Below, piece after piece: positions 27,649 through 48,864 of a stretch of DNA of 64,000 nt. The notes beneath the pieces are model-generated. The model did no database searches. It was given only the letters and a program-made list of their open reading frames with translations, and was not told the DNA's origin. Position 1 is the first letter of the stretch, and every line of letters starts with the position of its first letter. The stretch is taken from NCBI RefSeq assembly GCF_009914755.1, contig NC_060942.1. One strand, given 5' to 3'. Made by a program: the position numbers and the translations under genes. Source of the stretch: the human T2T-CHM13v2.0 reference genome, Homo sapiens.

Positions 27649-28026
27649 TGATATGGTTTGGCTCTGTGTTCCCATTGAAATCTCATGTCAAATTGTAATC
27701 ACCACATATTAGGTGAGGGAGCTGGTGGGAGGTGATTGAATCATGGGGGCAGACTTCCCCTTTGCTGTTCTCGCAATAGCGAACAAGTTCTCATGAAATC
27801 TGGTTGTTTAAAAGTGTGTAGTGCATCCCCCTTCGCCCTCTCTCTTCTGCCACCACGTGAAGGTACTTGCTTCCCTTTGTTCTTCTGCTATGATTGTAAG
27901 TTTCCTGAGGCCTCCCAAGCCATGCCTCCTGTACAGCCTGCAGAACTGTGAATCAATTAAACTTTTCTTCATAAATTACCCAGTCTCAGGTAGTTCTTTA
28001 TAGCAGTGAGAGAACAGACTAATACA
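27649..28026 (+). mobile_element. MSTA (MaLR) solo LTR
   Basis: TGATATGGTTTGGCTCTGTG ... CCTGTACAGCCTGCAGAACTGTG ... GAACAGACTAATACA. Confidence 0.9.
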
Positions 28027-28824
28027 GCAATGATTGCTTGGCTGGATTCATACTTGGATACTCTGTGCTCTTCTATTTAGTAGAGTTCTACCACTCTATT
28101 TAGTTTAATTCTCTCTCCTTGGTTATCTCCAGTTCTGTACTTATTAGATTCAAAGGCAGATAGAATCTTGAAGTTTAAAGGCATCTAAGATAACTCTAAT
28201 CTAACTCCTATTCAAAGCATAAATCCTCCCAACGAATGCCATAAAGATGGATATCCAGTTTCTGGGTTTCCACTTATAGCACGAGCTTCTTATTTCTTCA
28301 GTAAGTTTGGTGTAATGGCTCCCATTATGACTTCTAATCCTCTTAAGGCCAAATATTCCCAGTTCTTTAGTTGGGACAAAGATAACAAAAAGTTGCCAGT
28401 ATACTGCCGTTTCTCTTTTAGTATCCTGTGGTTTACTTTGCCGGTATTTATAAAATAAATATGTGTGAAATAGACAGGAAATAATAACCAAAAATATTCC
28501 AAGGTTTTTGTACAGAATAAAGTGATTCTGTTAGGTCCTTTGATTTGGTCATTGTACTGCTATTAATGTAGACTAAAAACACACTTTTTTTTTGTAGGAG
28601 ACAGAATTTGATGATTGTTCAAAATCCATTAATCCACCAAATATGTCTACTTTTCCTATTTTAAGAATTTTTATAAGCATTCCTGCTAAGAGGCATCCCT
28701 TTCTATTTGAGCATCTGACTTTTGGAAAGAATGAAATCTCAGAGCTTTTTTGTTTGTATCTGTCACTGTGGTCTAATTATGTGTTTTTGAATTTTTATTC
28801 TGGTCATGTGATGAATTAGCTCTA

Positions 28825-29220
<396 letters not shown>

Positions 29221-30709
29221 GCCTGTTTGCCAAGACACATAGTATAATATTTTGTAATATTAGATTCTTAATTTGTCCCGATTTGGTTGTCAAAGTGATA
29301 CAAAATTATGTTGCAGCAGGATTATCCTTTACTAATTTGAAATCAGGTAAGGCTGGCTGGCCACATGTTGCTAATAAAAGAGGGAAGTGTTGAAAGAGAA
29401 CATGGGCAGCAGTTGTTACGATGACAGCATAGAATTGTGAAGAATTAAAGTCCAAGATGTAGGTAAAATTCCAGTCTGGAACAGCTAGTTCTGGTGGACT
29501 AGCATATTCTGAAAAAGACCTGTCTACATGGTCTTTGTACAGAGAATATTTGAATATTAGACTCATTGGACTTCTGTGCCTATGAGTACTTTCTTTTTTT
29601 CCTGTAGCATCTCTAACCCAAAGACTAGCCTATGCAGATATCACTTATGCTTAGAATTGCTGAAGAAGGGCTTATTCCCCAACACCATTGCCCACACATA
29701 CATACAACTCTTACGCCTCCCTTGATATCTGCTAAGACACTCTATGGGCCTGGTGATAACATGGGTTTTGTTAGCTGTTTGAACCTTAGAGTGGATTAAA
29801 TTGAGGTAGGTTTTCATTGATGAATCCCTAATTGTCCATGGGAATGCCACAGAGAAGGTGTGTATTATGGGAGTTTGGAGCCTCTCTAGCCCAATAATTG
29901 TGGTATTAATCTTTCTTCCTGGGGTCATCCTACCTATTAGAAACTTCCAGACTGATTATGAGGCCTGGGTAATCACTTCCTGCCTCTGTTTCAGAAGGGC
30001 ACTTGAAGCTTTAAAAAAGTAAAAAGTTGGTCAGACCTCATCAGAAACGTAAGCATAAACCTTTTCCAAATGTTTCCAATAAACAACAGCAACAAAATGA
30101 TAGAAAATGTAACATTATTCTACTTACAGAAATGGTTTTCAGAAAAATGTAGCTTTGTGTCTGCCTGTCTGTCATGCCAGGATTTACTGGGTGCCACCAG
30201 AGTTGTGGTGATCAAGGGCCAAACAGGCTGATCTTAGATTTGTTGCAGAAAGGTCAGGTTCAAATAATGTGAAGGGAGAGAAATCTGGGATTTTCTCTAC
30301 AGAATCGCCACATAAGGCAATTCGGACTTACTTGATCATTCATCTTTTTGTCATTGCCAGGAACTGAGAGACAGTATTGGTCTGCTGTTGCTAGGAAGTC
30401 TGCCTACCGGTCTAAAATCTCAAAAATGTGGCAATCTTCTGTTCTGAGACAATATTATAATACTCCAGATTTGGTCAATACAGGTCATGTCTTAATTCTG
30501 TTGTCATTAGTTCCCGTTTGTTAAATGTTTACAGCGTGGCAGGTATACCAAGCACAGTTTCAGCAGAAACTGAGACCACAGGGTAGAGCTCATACATCCT
30601 CAAGACTCAGCTGCAGTCCCCAAAGTCCCCACACCATTTGACCAGTAGGGCTCCATTCTCTGAATTACGTGCTTCTTACTGTTGACATCACCATCCTGAA
30701 AAAGTGTTG

Positions 30710-30940
30710 TATTTATTAAGCTCCTACCAGGTACCAAGTGTTGTCCCAACTAAACAGATTATTTCATCTACTACCGTGAGTTAGCTACCATTATTATCAC
30801 AAAACTATCATTATCACCATCTGAGGTTATCCTGGCCCAGAGGTATCAGGTCGCCTGTCCACACCCATATAGCTATTAGGTGGCAGAACCTGGAACAAAG
30901 TGAGTCTTCATGCAGCTCATGCTCCTTGCCATTCTGCTCC
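30710..30940 (-). mobile_element. MIR
   Basis: ATTTATTAAGCTCCTACCAGGTACCAAG ... GGCCCAGAGG ... AGCTATTAGGTGGCAGAACCTGGA. Confidence 0.65.
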
Positions 30941-32409
30941 TACAAGTGTGCATAGGAACCTGGTGAAAAGAAACCATGACTAGGGAGATGTTTACTTCTA
31001 AAATGTATTTTAAACTTTTATGTGAAATATCCAAACACATTGTTGTGATAGTTGTTATGGCATAACAATTATTCAACTGCCTAAGAACTGTCATGGTTTA
31101 GCCCAAATCCTAGCAAGTGGTTAGGGAGATCAGCATGCAAAGCATGAATGGGTGATGTAAGACTTGAAGTTGAGAATTGATTCAGAGGGTTGCTGACTGT
31201 ATAACCTTTGAAATAATGTATTCCTATATTTTATAATGCCTGTCAATGTTAAGAATATTGTCTTACAAGCTAACATATTTGTTTTGTTAATAAGTTTTTT
31301 TCTTGTCTATGCTCGTGGATTCATTTTGTGTCAGCATACTAAAAAGTTTTACCATGTACTGCAGTCAAATTAATTCAGAAAACATTAGTCTGTAACATAT
31401 ATTCTCACACAGGATTATTCATCAACCAACAATTATGAACTTAGAATCTAATATGTATTTATAGCTACACTAGATACACAGGAAGGTAAAAGATTTCCTA
31501 TTTTGTTGGGAGCAGCAAATATTGTTCTCCACTTGTCTTTTACCCATACAATTTTCCCTGCTTTTGGAGTACAAGAATAGTATCTCCTACTGATTTATAT
31601 TCCATAGCAATGGAGAATATACTATTGGAGATACAGTGAACATACAATAAGGATATTCTAATAAGAAGCTAAAATAAACAGAAATCAATCTATTTGCTTT
31701 TTAAAATTGCCAACCATTTATTCAGTGTGACTATGAAAATGAATTTTCAGCCACATTGAAATATTTTAATTAAGGCTCTGTCCTCCCTCCAGCCAGGTTG
31801 ATAGTTCTGCCTAAATTGACTGAATCCAGTTAATCATGTATAGCCGCAGTTGGTGGCATTTTAATTTAGAATTACTTTGTAGAATTTGAATAATTTCTCA
31901 CTAAGATTTGTACCCTGACTACTTAATTGCTTTTTACTGTTATCACGTCTTCTACCCTAACAGAGAATGAGAATCTTAAAAAATAAAGTACCTGTGGTTT
32001 GCTTTTTGCATTTGCGGTACTGATGAATTTTGTAGAATGCTTTTCACTCTTTCTTGTCAAAGGATATATTATAACTTAATGAATCCTTATTAAAATCTCA
32101 GCATGTCACATTACAGTGATAAAGGAGAAGAATAGTAAGAGTGAAGATTTGAGGGATGGAGAACAGAGAGAACAGAGCTGGTTTCTAAAATAGTTCCATG
32201 CTGGTCAGGTCATTGGAAGAGGCTTCCTGTTCTTTTATAAACATTCTAACATGGAGACTGGCAAAGCAGAGTTTTTGCGAGAAAAGAACTGATTTTAAAA
32301 AGGTGGCTTCTTAGATTGATGTGTTTTAACTTTGTCTGCTGAATCTAAAGAATAAGGAGAGATCATCGCAAAGTAAATGGAATTGGATATAGTTCTCTGA
32401 ATTACTTGG

Positions 32410-32780
32410 GGTTAGTCCAGATTATTTCGGTTCTAAGCAACAGATACTGATACTGACTCTTACCAAACAAAGCATGAGCAAACAAAGATTTATCAGAAGG
32501 GTGCTTGTTAGTACCTGTATTCAAAGGGAGAACTAGTCAAACCTCAAAGGGGCAAGGCCAACCAGGACCAACCTAGCAGGGCAAGCATGTCTCCACACTG
32601 CCTATCTTCAGATGAGCATTTTTTTCCTTTAGGCAAGTTTTTCCAGGTGGTAGTGGGAATGACCAGGAGCAGCTCATGAGCTACATCTGTGATTCAGAGA
32701 GGATGGGACTCTTTCCCCAGCTCAGACTCAAACACTCCTCGAAGAGACTCTGACTGGCTTAGCTTTGGTCATATGTGCCT
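32410..32780 (-). mobile_element. Old MLT1 (J/K-like) LTR fragment
   Basis: GTTAGTCCAGATTATTTCGGTTCTAAGCAACAGA ... GACTCTGACTGGCTTAGCTTTGGTCATATGTGC. Confidence 0.55.
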
Positions 32781-32799
32781 CCTTCATGGAGAACTCAGA

Positions 32800-32935
32800 G
32801 GGTTGTGGCTAAAAGCACAGGCTCTGGAGCTGGAGCACCTGCTTCCTACCTCTGTGGTCTTGGAAATGTTACTTAACCACTCTGCACTTCAATTTCTTTA
32901 TCTGTAATATGGTGTTAATCATAAGCTTTTAAAAT
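32800..32935 (+). mobile_element. MIR 5' part (3' part probably resumes at about 34295-34350)
   Basis: GTGGCTAAAAGCACAGGCTCTGGAGC ... GTTACTTAACCACTCTGCACTTCAATTTCTTTATCTGTAA. Confidence 0.7.
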
Positions 32936-32996
32936 GAGGGAAATTTGTAGACCTGGGCAAAAGAGGTTCCTGTTCAGGTCTTACACTGAAGACGGT

Positions 32997-33763
32997 TATG
33001 ATGGGCTGCATTGTGTCTCCTTCAAATTCATATGATGAAACCCTAAATCTTCCTACTTCAGAATGTAACTTTAACTGGAGACAGGGTCTTTAAAGAGGTG
33101 ATTAGATTAAAATAAAGCTGTTAGGTTGAGCCCTAATCCAATTTGACTGGTGTCCTTTTAAGAAGAGGAAATCTGGACCCCTGAAGAAATGCCAAGGATG
33201 TGCAGGCATCAGGGAAAGATCGTGTTAGGACAAAGGGAAAACAGTTATCACAAGCCAAGAAGGGAGGCCTGAGAAAGAAAGCAACACTGTTGACTGACAC
33301 CTCAACCTCAGACCTATGCCCTCCAGAACTATAAGAAAAAATGTCTGTTGTTTAAATTACATACGATATGGTTTGGCTCTGTGTCCCTACCCAAATCTCA
33401 TTTTGAGCTCTAATCCCCATGTGTAGAGGGAGGGAGGGGGTTGATTGAATCATGGGGGTGGGCTCCCCCCATGCTGTTCTCATGATAGTGAGTTCTTACA
33501 AGATCTGATGATTTTAATAAATGGTAGCTTTTCCTGCACTCATATGCTCTGTCTCTCTTGCTGCCTTGTAAGATGTACCTGGTTTGCCCTCTGCCATGAT
33601 TGTAAGTTTCCTGAAGCCTCCCCAGCCATGTGGAACTGTGAGTCAATGAAAACTCTTTCCTTTGTAAATTACCCAGTCTTGAGTTTCTTTACAGCAGTGT
33701 GAAAACAGATTAACACACCTAGTCTGAGGTATTTAGTCATGGGAATCCTAACAAGATAATACA
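32997..33763 (+). mobile_element. MLT1A/B solo LTR, interrupted by THE1D
   Basis: ATGGGCTGCATTGTGTC..CAAATTCATATG ... GCCCTAATCCAATTTGACTGGTGTCCTT ... CCTCCAGAACTATAAGA; 3' end resumes at 33718-33763. Confidence 0.88.
33364..33717 (+). mobile_element. THE1D-like solo LTR
   Basis: GATATGGTTTGGCTCTGTGTCCCTACCCAAATCTCA ... CCCAGCCATGTGGAACTGTGAGTCAAT ... GAAAACAGATTAACACA. Confidence 0.9.
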
Positions 33764-35189
33764 AGAGCTTTGCAAATATCGAGCTTTGAAACTCTCTGGA
33801 TTTTTGTTTTTAGTCTTACAGAAAGGCTTTGAAACATCAATAACCAAATGGGCAAGTGAGAATTAGGGGAGAGGACCCAAACACTCAGGGGAGTGGGCAG
33901 AGCACTAAGTGCCGGGGAGGGGCTATGCACAGCCTCTGCTTTGAGAAACCAGGAAGGCTTCTCTTGCTTTGCCTTGGATGCCCCAAACGAGGTGGCTGAG
34001 CAGACCAGGTTCCCCAGATAATAGCACCACCTCCTCCTTCCCTTCTGCTAGGGTGGGAGAAGGTTTGGGGAGGCTTTTAGAGTGGTTTGAAAATCCTGAA
34101 TGGGAAGTGAGATATTAGAGAGGAGTTTGTGCACTCCTGTTCCCTGGGGGCACGTTTAGTCCCTAATTTGGTTATGGGTAAGTCCTTTCATGTTAGGCAT
34201 AGGGTTTATTTATAACATTAAAATTAGACATAAAAAATGTAGCCTCCATTTTTATTCTCGCCTGGGACCTCACAAATAACTAAGGATGAGTCTGAATGAA
34301 TTAATACATGTTAGAACAAGGCTTGGCCCTTAAAAGCATTTGAGAATTTTTATTTTATCATGATATTTGGACCAATTCCTGCGGCAGGGTTTGAGGTCTA
34401 TGATGGCCACATCTTCAGTCATCTATTCTGCTCTATGGTACAGAAGTTGATTACTATAATTAGCAACCCTCATCTGAACTATATGGATTATAGAATACTT
34501 TTCTATAGGAATGGAAAAGCTCTTTTTAGAAAATGAAATTTTAATTTTAGAAAATGACATTATTCCCTAAAATAAGGAGTTTATATATTTTTCTCTTTGA
34601 TGTATAGAAATGATTTTGATTTTATATTTACTTTATTCCAATTTTATATGGAATTTTAATAAGCACCTTAAGGCAATTTGCAGCCTCAAAATTTAAATTT
34701 AACATTATAAATGTTGTGCTTGAAACCCAAATTTTAAGACACTAGGGAAGATGAGATAAAATAAATTATCCAATTTATGTAATTGCACTCCCTCATTTTC
34801 ATAGAACAACATGTTTTTAAATAGAGAAAAAATGTTCTATAATCTAGGTTAAAGTCCCGGAAGTATCTTTACCACCTTAAACTTCTGGGGAAGAAAATCT
34901 GCAGAAGAACTTTTGAGAAAGGAGAAGAAAGCTATTATTTCTGATAAAAGGAGTAGGAACGTAGAAAACATTTTGTATCATTAACATTCACCTCTTTCAC
35001 TGTATTGCAGACTGTTACCCTGAATTTCCAAACAATAAATTCATTCCAGCCAAATCACTAAGACACCTAGTGGATGGGTTGGGGGAGAGCTGTATGACAT
35101 TTAAATTTGGCCTGCAGTGATATAAAACGTGAAACATAAGTAATAAATTATAGATTGGATTTAGTAATTTATGAGAAGCATTTTATTTT

Positions 35190-35391
35190 CCTTTTCCACC
35201 TTGATTTTCTTTTATTATACTTTAAGTTTTAGGGTACATGTGCACAACGTGCAGTTTTGTTACATATGTATACATGTGCCATGCTGGTGTGCTGCACCCA
35301 TTAACTTGTCATTTAACATTAGGTATATCTCCTAATGCTATCCCTCCCCCTCCCCGACCCCACAACAGGCCCCGGTGGGTGATGTTCCCCT
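35190..35391 (-). mobile_element. L1PA4-like 3' end, severely 5'-truncated
   Basis: TTATTATACTTTAAGTTTTAGGGTACATGTGCACAACGTGCAG ... ATTTAACATTAGGTATATCTCCTAATGC. TSD AAGCA(T/C)TTTATTTT at 35176-35189 and 35395-35408. Confidence 0.93.
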
Positions 35392-35537
35392 CAAAAGCAC
35401 TTTATTTTATATGAAAAGAAAGTACTCTCTCTTTTCACCTGTGTCAAAATTGCCTTACAAAAGATCTTTCACACTTTAATCCAACATTTTACTTTTTAGG
35501 TAGACTTTTGAAACTTACTCAACTGCAAGCAATATCA

Positions 35538-42590
<7,053 letters not shown>

Positions 42591-42817
42591 TCAGCAATAT
42601 AGCTTTAAATTGGTCACCTGTATAAACAGGCAATGCTCAGTGATATTTGTTCCATTTTCATCTCTCTCCCAAATGTGGCATTTGTTCTGTTATCTAAATG
42701 AGAAGAACGCAGGGCAAAAATGACATTCCAGAGGTTGAGACTTTTAGTTATGTAATTGGAAATCAAGTGCATCCATATAAATTGTCATTTTGTTGATCTA
42801 TGGATTTATATAGTTCA

Positions 42818-43221
42818 CGGGTTAGGCCATTTTGTGTTGCTGTGACGGAATACCTGAGGCTGGAAAATTTATAAAGAAAAGAGATTTGTCTCATGGTGCT
42901 ACAAGCTGCACAAGAAGCATGGTACCAGCATGGTGAGGACCTCAGGGAACTTACAGTCGTGGCAGAAGGTGAAGGGGGAGCATGTGTATCATATGGTGAG
43001 AAAGAGAGTGTGGAGTGGGAGGCGCCAGACTTTTTAACAACCGGATCTCACATGAAATAATAGAGTGGGAACTCACGCATCACTAAGGGAATGGAACCAA
43101 GTGATTCACGAAGGATCTGTCCCCATGACAAAAACACCTCCTCCCAGTAGACCCCACCTCCAACAATGGGGATCACGTTTTAACGTGACATTTGGAGGGG
43201 ACAAATATTCAAACTGTATTA
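42818..43221 (-). mobile_element. MSTB (MaLR) solo LTR
   Basis: GGAATACCTGAGGCTGG..AATTTATAAAGAAAAGAG ... GGCAGAAGGTGAAGGGGGAGCA ... TTTGGAGGGGACAAATATTCAAACT. TSD GTTCA/GTTCC. Confidence 0.88.
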
Positions 43222-43389
43222 GTTCCTAAAGGTGGAATTTTAAGGCTTTGGCTTATTTCATTTCTAAGCTCTAGGAAGGGCTTGTGGGGAGGAGCTAAAA
43301 GTAATATTAATGGTAATCTTATAATTAAAAATTGGTTATAGTGTGTTAAAATAGTAGTATGAAAGACAATAGTATTCTTCCATTAAAAA

Positions 43390-43735
43390 TATTCATTGGG
43401 GTTTCACTATTTGTCAGCCATTGTACAGGGTGATATTAAAACCAAGCTTGATCTCTGCTTTCCTTGTGTTAACAGCTTCATGAGTGAAGCAGCATTAATT
43501 TAAAATGCCGTGTGACACCTGTTACCATGAAAAGTTCATGCCACTATTCATGCCCATACTGTGGGTACTGGACACAGACAGGTGTTCCCAGAAAGATTTT
43601 TCTGCAAAAGTGACCCTGGAGCTGAGTTCTGAAAAAGGAGAAGGAATTGACTAAGCTAAGTGGAAAGCAAAAAGCTTTCAGGGCATCAGGAACAGCATGG
43701 AGCAGAGCCCTGAAAGTAGGCCAGCAGACTAAGGC
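43390..43735 (-). mobile_element. L2 fragment
   Basis: GAGCTGAGTTCTGAA..GGAGAAGGAATT..CAGGAACAGCATGGAGCAGAGCCCTGA. Confidence 0.55.
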
Positions 43736-46609
43736 AGAGATAATAGAAGGAATCATAGTGTCATCGGAGGCTGATAATTCATAGTAGAGTATTAGTGTTT
43801 GGGAGTGAAAAGTCTCTATGTGAAGTGATGTAATTTGCTGCAAATTCTGTGGATTACAATAGCAACACTAAGTGCTTAAAGGAGTGATATATTAGATGCA
43901 CTGGTTTTTAAAAGGACTCTGTCTCTGCCAGATGTACTACATTGCACTGACGTCTGCTGGATCTAGATGACCCATTGAGCCAAACAATTAATGATTTTAG
44001 TTCCGCAATACTTGGCTCGTTTTTTTTCCATGCAATGATCTATTATGTCCACTGAGGGCTATAGAATGTTAGAGACAGAGAAATTACAGGCGTCCCATGG
44101 GAGATCAATCTTTTCTTCAGATAGAGAAAGTAAGGTTGAGAGGAAGCGGAAACTTTCCATGGTTTTGTGGTTACTTAGTTAGGAAGCCAATACCAACCTA
44201 TCAATTGATTAAATGTAATTCTATAGCTTTTGTCCATCACACACAAATGATGATTACAATGTTAACTGTTTTACATGATTCATTATTCCCAGAAGAGTTT
44301 GTTTGTTCACTTTTCTGCAGCCTCCAAAAGAACATCATATGTGTGAAAACAGATTAACACACTCTGGCTCTGATATTGATGATGAGCTGTTATAATATTA
44401 ACAATGCTGCATATTGTGGTGGCAGAAATCCAAATGAACAAGAGATTTTGGATATAGCTTGCTGCAACACGGAATAAATGCTTTATACAAATGGGAATTC
44501 TTTAAAATCAGTCATGAAACCAGCATAAATTGGTTTCTTGCTGTGGGGGGTTTCTTACTGTGAGTAGGCAAGTTTGATTTAGAGGCGTGGTGCAGAAATT
44601 TAATGATCTACATCAAAATACAGCTTACAGATACCTTGATTCTTTATAAAGATCACATATGCTTGTCTTGAATTCTCATACATCCACTCAAAGCAACACA
44701 CACAGTCATTTCCATCACATTTCTTTCAAATTGGTGACATAATGCAGCTTTTGGGAAGCTGAACTTGAGCTGAAAACTACTCTATTAATTGCATATCACA
44801 AATCTACTTTGTTGTTTAAATAGAAGATCCTCAGTGCTGTATTTAGTAAGATGGTATAGAGATTTCAAATGTGTCTTCATAATTTATTTATTGTAGAAAG
44901 ACTACAGATCACTTTGATTATTTTAATTCTTTGATTAATTTTCTGTTTTTGAGATGGGGAAGGGAGATGTCTTCAAACAGTAAAATTAGACTTGATGGGA
45001 AAGGCCACTGGAATATTTAACTGGCCTAAGAATTATTTCCACAAAGCAATTGTGTGTTTTTCTGTTTTATTTAAAGATGAGGATTGTTTTCTATGCTCTT
45101 CATTGCAAATGCAGTGTTTTGGTGAGATCATTTGCTTAATGCATCATTGCTCTTAGCTCCTGTGTGTGACCTCTCTTGTTTTCAGCCTCTCAGCTGTTAT
45201 ATGGATCACAACACTGCAATGAGGTTTAAAAATGTTCTATTGAACTATAAGACCAGTAACCAATTTAAAGCAAATTTCTGTGTTGTTTCATGTCTAGTAC
45301 ATTTTAATAAATTTCATTTCTTTCCCACACTGTATTTCCCCCAATAATATTTATATATATTTGTCTTTTTTATTATGTGTTAAGACCTTTGAGGACAAAA
45401 ACTGTGTCAAGTTAATTTTAAATAAATGTATAATCCAAAATCCAACAAACTTATAAAACCATCTTTCAGCTGAGAGCTTCCTTACTATAGGTGCATGTGT
45501 GTATACATGCACACACAGCATCATACAATATGGTGCATCTGGATTTATATAAATATATAAATACAAGCATATATGTGCATATGTTTTATTTTTACAAATA
45601 AAAATGTATTCTTAAAATATCTACATTCATGTCGGCAAAGATATGAACCAAAACATCTAGGTAGTTGTTAGTAATTTGTTCTACTCAGATTAAAATATTA
45701 TTTTGAATTTTTACTTTGCCATTCATATTTCTATTTTTTTTTGGTTCCTTTAGAAAAGGCATTTATTTTTTCATTTGCAACAAGATGAAGTTGGTAAACT
45801 TCAGGGCAGTAATAAGAGGATATTTGGAACAGTGTAATAGTAAGTGAAATATACATACCAGATTTTCCTGGCGATATCTTTGTTTTTGTTCAAAGATCTG
45901 TTTATTAATTGATAGGTTCAAAGATACACTACTTGACTTTGGGGGCTGGAAGAAAGTGGTGGTAGAAGCTGTAGTTTTTACCAGAACCTGTCTTTAGGAA
46001 CCAAGTTATGAGTGGTTCTCTAGTCCTGGGAACAGCTATGTAATAGATTGTATTTATATATTTCCAGAAATTTATCTCTAGCAAAAATTCCTAAATTAAA
46101 GGAATGTGGAGATGCCTTCATTCATTTCTTCATCTAGCATTTACTGAGCACAAATTTTATTCTAAACGCTGTCTTAAACTCTAAGAACACAAGAATGAAT
46201 TAGCTTCAGTTCTCCTCTTAAACGACTCTCAGCTGAAGAGTCTGAGATTCCTACATAGCAATTGATATTCCTATGTGTCAAATGTAGGTGTTTGCGTGCA
46301 TGGGCTCATGCATGTATATGCGTTTCAGTTGTCTCATTTAGGTATGAGTTTTCTTGTAGGAGTCTATTATTTTTTCCATGAAAATATATCCTAGGAGAAA
46401 AGATCTTTGAGAAGCTAAAACCCCTGGTGTCTACTCCAAGTCACCATAAGGAAGCTGTTTTGAGGAACAGAAAGGATATGGGTTTAAAAAGTAATTGAAA
46501 AAAATTGTATGTATTTATCATGTACATCATGATGTTTTACCATATATATAATATATGTGCACACTTTGCACAGTGGCTAAATCAAGCTAATTAACATATA
46601 AATATTTGA

Positions 46610-47090
46610 AGACTTGGGTTTTGAAGCCATAGAGTCCTTGCTTGAAACCTAAGGTCTGGCAGTCACTTTTATGATCTTCTTCAAGCCTCTCAACCCCTCT
46701 GGGCTTTGCCAATGACCTAGGGATGATAAAACCCCACTCCCAGTGACATGCCAAGAAATTGAGATAATTTGGGTAAAGTGTCTAGCATGTGGGTGGCACT
46801 TGATAGTTGCTTGGAATAATTTGAGTCCAATTGTAAATTAATACCATAATATTTTTATGTGGAAGAGCCAGTCTATCATTAGGGTCAAAAGCCCTTTTCT
46901 GGAACAAGCCTGCCTGGGTTCTGATCCTGGTCCTGCTCTAGTTTATACGATTGTGGGAAAATTACTGAATCTCTTTGGACTACTGTTTCCCCATGGTATT
47001 ATGAAGGAATAACAAATGAGTTAGTGTTAACAAAATGTTAAGAACAGCTCTTGATACATGGTAAGTACTACGTAAATGTTGGTTAAAATG
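46610..47090 (+). mobile_element. Two tandem MIR fragments
   Basis: CAAGCCTCTCAACCCCTCTGGGCTT ... GGTAAAGTGTCTAGCA; CTGCCTGGGTTCTGATCCTGG ... AAATTACTGAATCTCTTTGGAC..GTTTCCCCAT. Confidence 0.6.
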
Positions 47091-48864
47091 AAATAGATGT
47101 GCTTTATTTTGTTCTATCGAATCTGTACTCAAGTTAGATATAAACATAAACCTTTAATATTTTTGAGGCATTTAAATTTATTTTTTAACAATGACGTGAC
47201 AGAATCTGTCAAACTACTGATTAGATTATCTCTAGGCATGTATTTGGTGTGTCTCTTAGTAATAAAAATTAATGAGTAGACTAAAAAGCTTTCACATAAG
47301 TAATTTTACTTCCCTTCTCATTTCGGGTACTGTTCTTTTATTTAGTATTTTTGTTGCTAAATGTCTTCGAGCTTATATTTTAGAAATAAATTCATAGAAT
47401 TATGGGTGTTCAGAATTTAAGAAGAATTTATTTCAATCACCATATTTCATTGCTGGGTATAATCTAATAAAATTCCAGCGTGATGAATTGACTTGTTGCC
47501 CACTCTGAAAATGTCTGAAGGTGAGAGATATCAAAATTAGTGGTTACAATGTGACTTTTCAAATTATCATTGTGGATGTCAAGATTTCTGCAACTGCTGT
47601 TGTTCATGATTACAAATACTGGGGCTGTTCATAGTTTCACAAGCAGCTTCACCAATATGACTCACCTGAAATTTACATTAACATTCTCTAGGTAAGGAGT
47701 CACAGCTGTTATCATGATATTGCAGAGCCAGCTGTTATAGTTAAGTTGCTGAAGGTATTTGAGATTACAGCAGCAATATTGTTTGGGTGTATTACTAAGT
47801 CAAGAAGCTATTTATCTTTTACTGCCAGTAATGTAAATGTCAGAAGCCTAATTTATATTTCTGTTTTTTCCTGCCAAAGACTTTAGAGATATTTGGGAAA
47901 ACACCAATAAATTGTAAGAAACATTTGGAAAAGAGAACATTTATAATATGTGTTATCTACCCTTTTTAGATTCTAATTATCTAGTTTCTAATAAAAGATT
48001 CATTTGTTATTTAATTTTATCTCTCCCTGTACTTACTTTTTGAATGATATTGTTAAGTAATTAGGTTTGCCACAAAAAATATAAGATATCCATTCAACGT
48101 TAATTTCAGATTTATAGTAAATAATCGTACTTATACTATAAAATTATTCATTGTTTACCTGAAATTAAAATCTAACTGGGATTCCCGTATATACATTTGC
48201 TAACTCCGGCAATCCAGATTTAGATTTAGCAGTGTGAAATTTGGAGTAAAGAACAAACTCATACACTGATTTGGCTACTTTATGGCTTTTTGACAGTATA
48301 CAAATTATCTGAGCTTTCTAATTCTTACTTTTTTGGTTTATTTTTATCTGCAGTGTGGAAAAAATAAGACCTATTTTGCATACCTGTTCTGTATACAGCA
48401 ATGTTGGTTTACCTTCCATTTGCCATCCTAAATGTTTGAAAACAGATGATTTACTCATATAAATAAACCTACTTTTTTCTTTTGGTTTAGCATAGGTTAC
48501 TTTAAAATTCTCATCAAAATCATCTTTTAAATATATATATGGTCGATGAAATCTGTTTAGTTTCAAATCAAACACCTAGGCTATACAATACAGGCACTGA
48601 TCTGTGAAAATTTCACTACAAAAAGTTTGTTTTAACAAATCAATTGAATATATAATTATCACATTAAATTACATTTATATATTTCCTGAAAAGTTGTATG
48701 AATCCGTGCTATATGCTCATCACAGACTAGCAAAGCCCATTACATTTGAAGAATTACACCTTCATGAACGGAATTATTATTTTTCCATTTGTGCTAAAAT
48801 AACCTTTGCAAATTAGAATTCTGTGTCGAAAGCTTTGTGATGTGCAAACGCTGATTTACTTCAG

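Larger units (their letters stand above)
32936..34294. mobile_element. Probable hAT-Tip100 (MER45-like) DNA transposon hosting nested LTRs
   Basis: Right end CCTCCATTTTTATTCTCGCCTGGGACCTCACAAATAACTAAGGATGAGTCTG resembles the MER45-type terminus, and MIR sequence resumes after it. The left end is poorly conserved. Confidence 0.4.
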
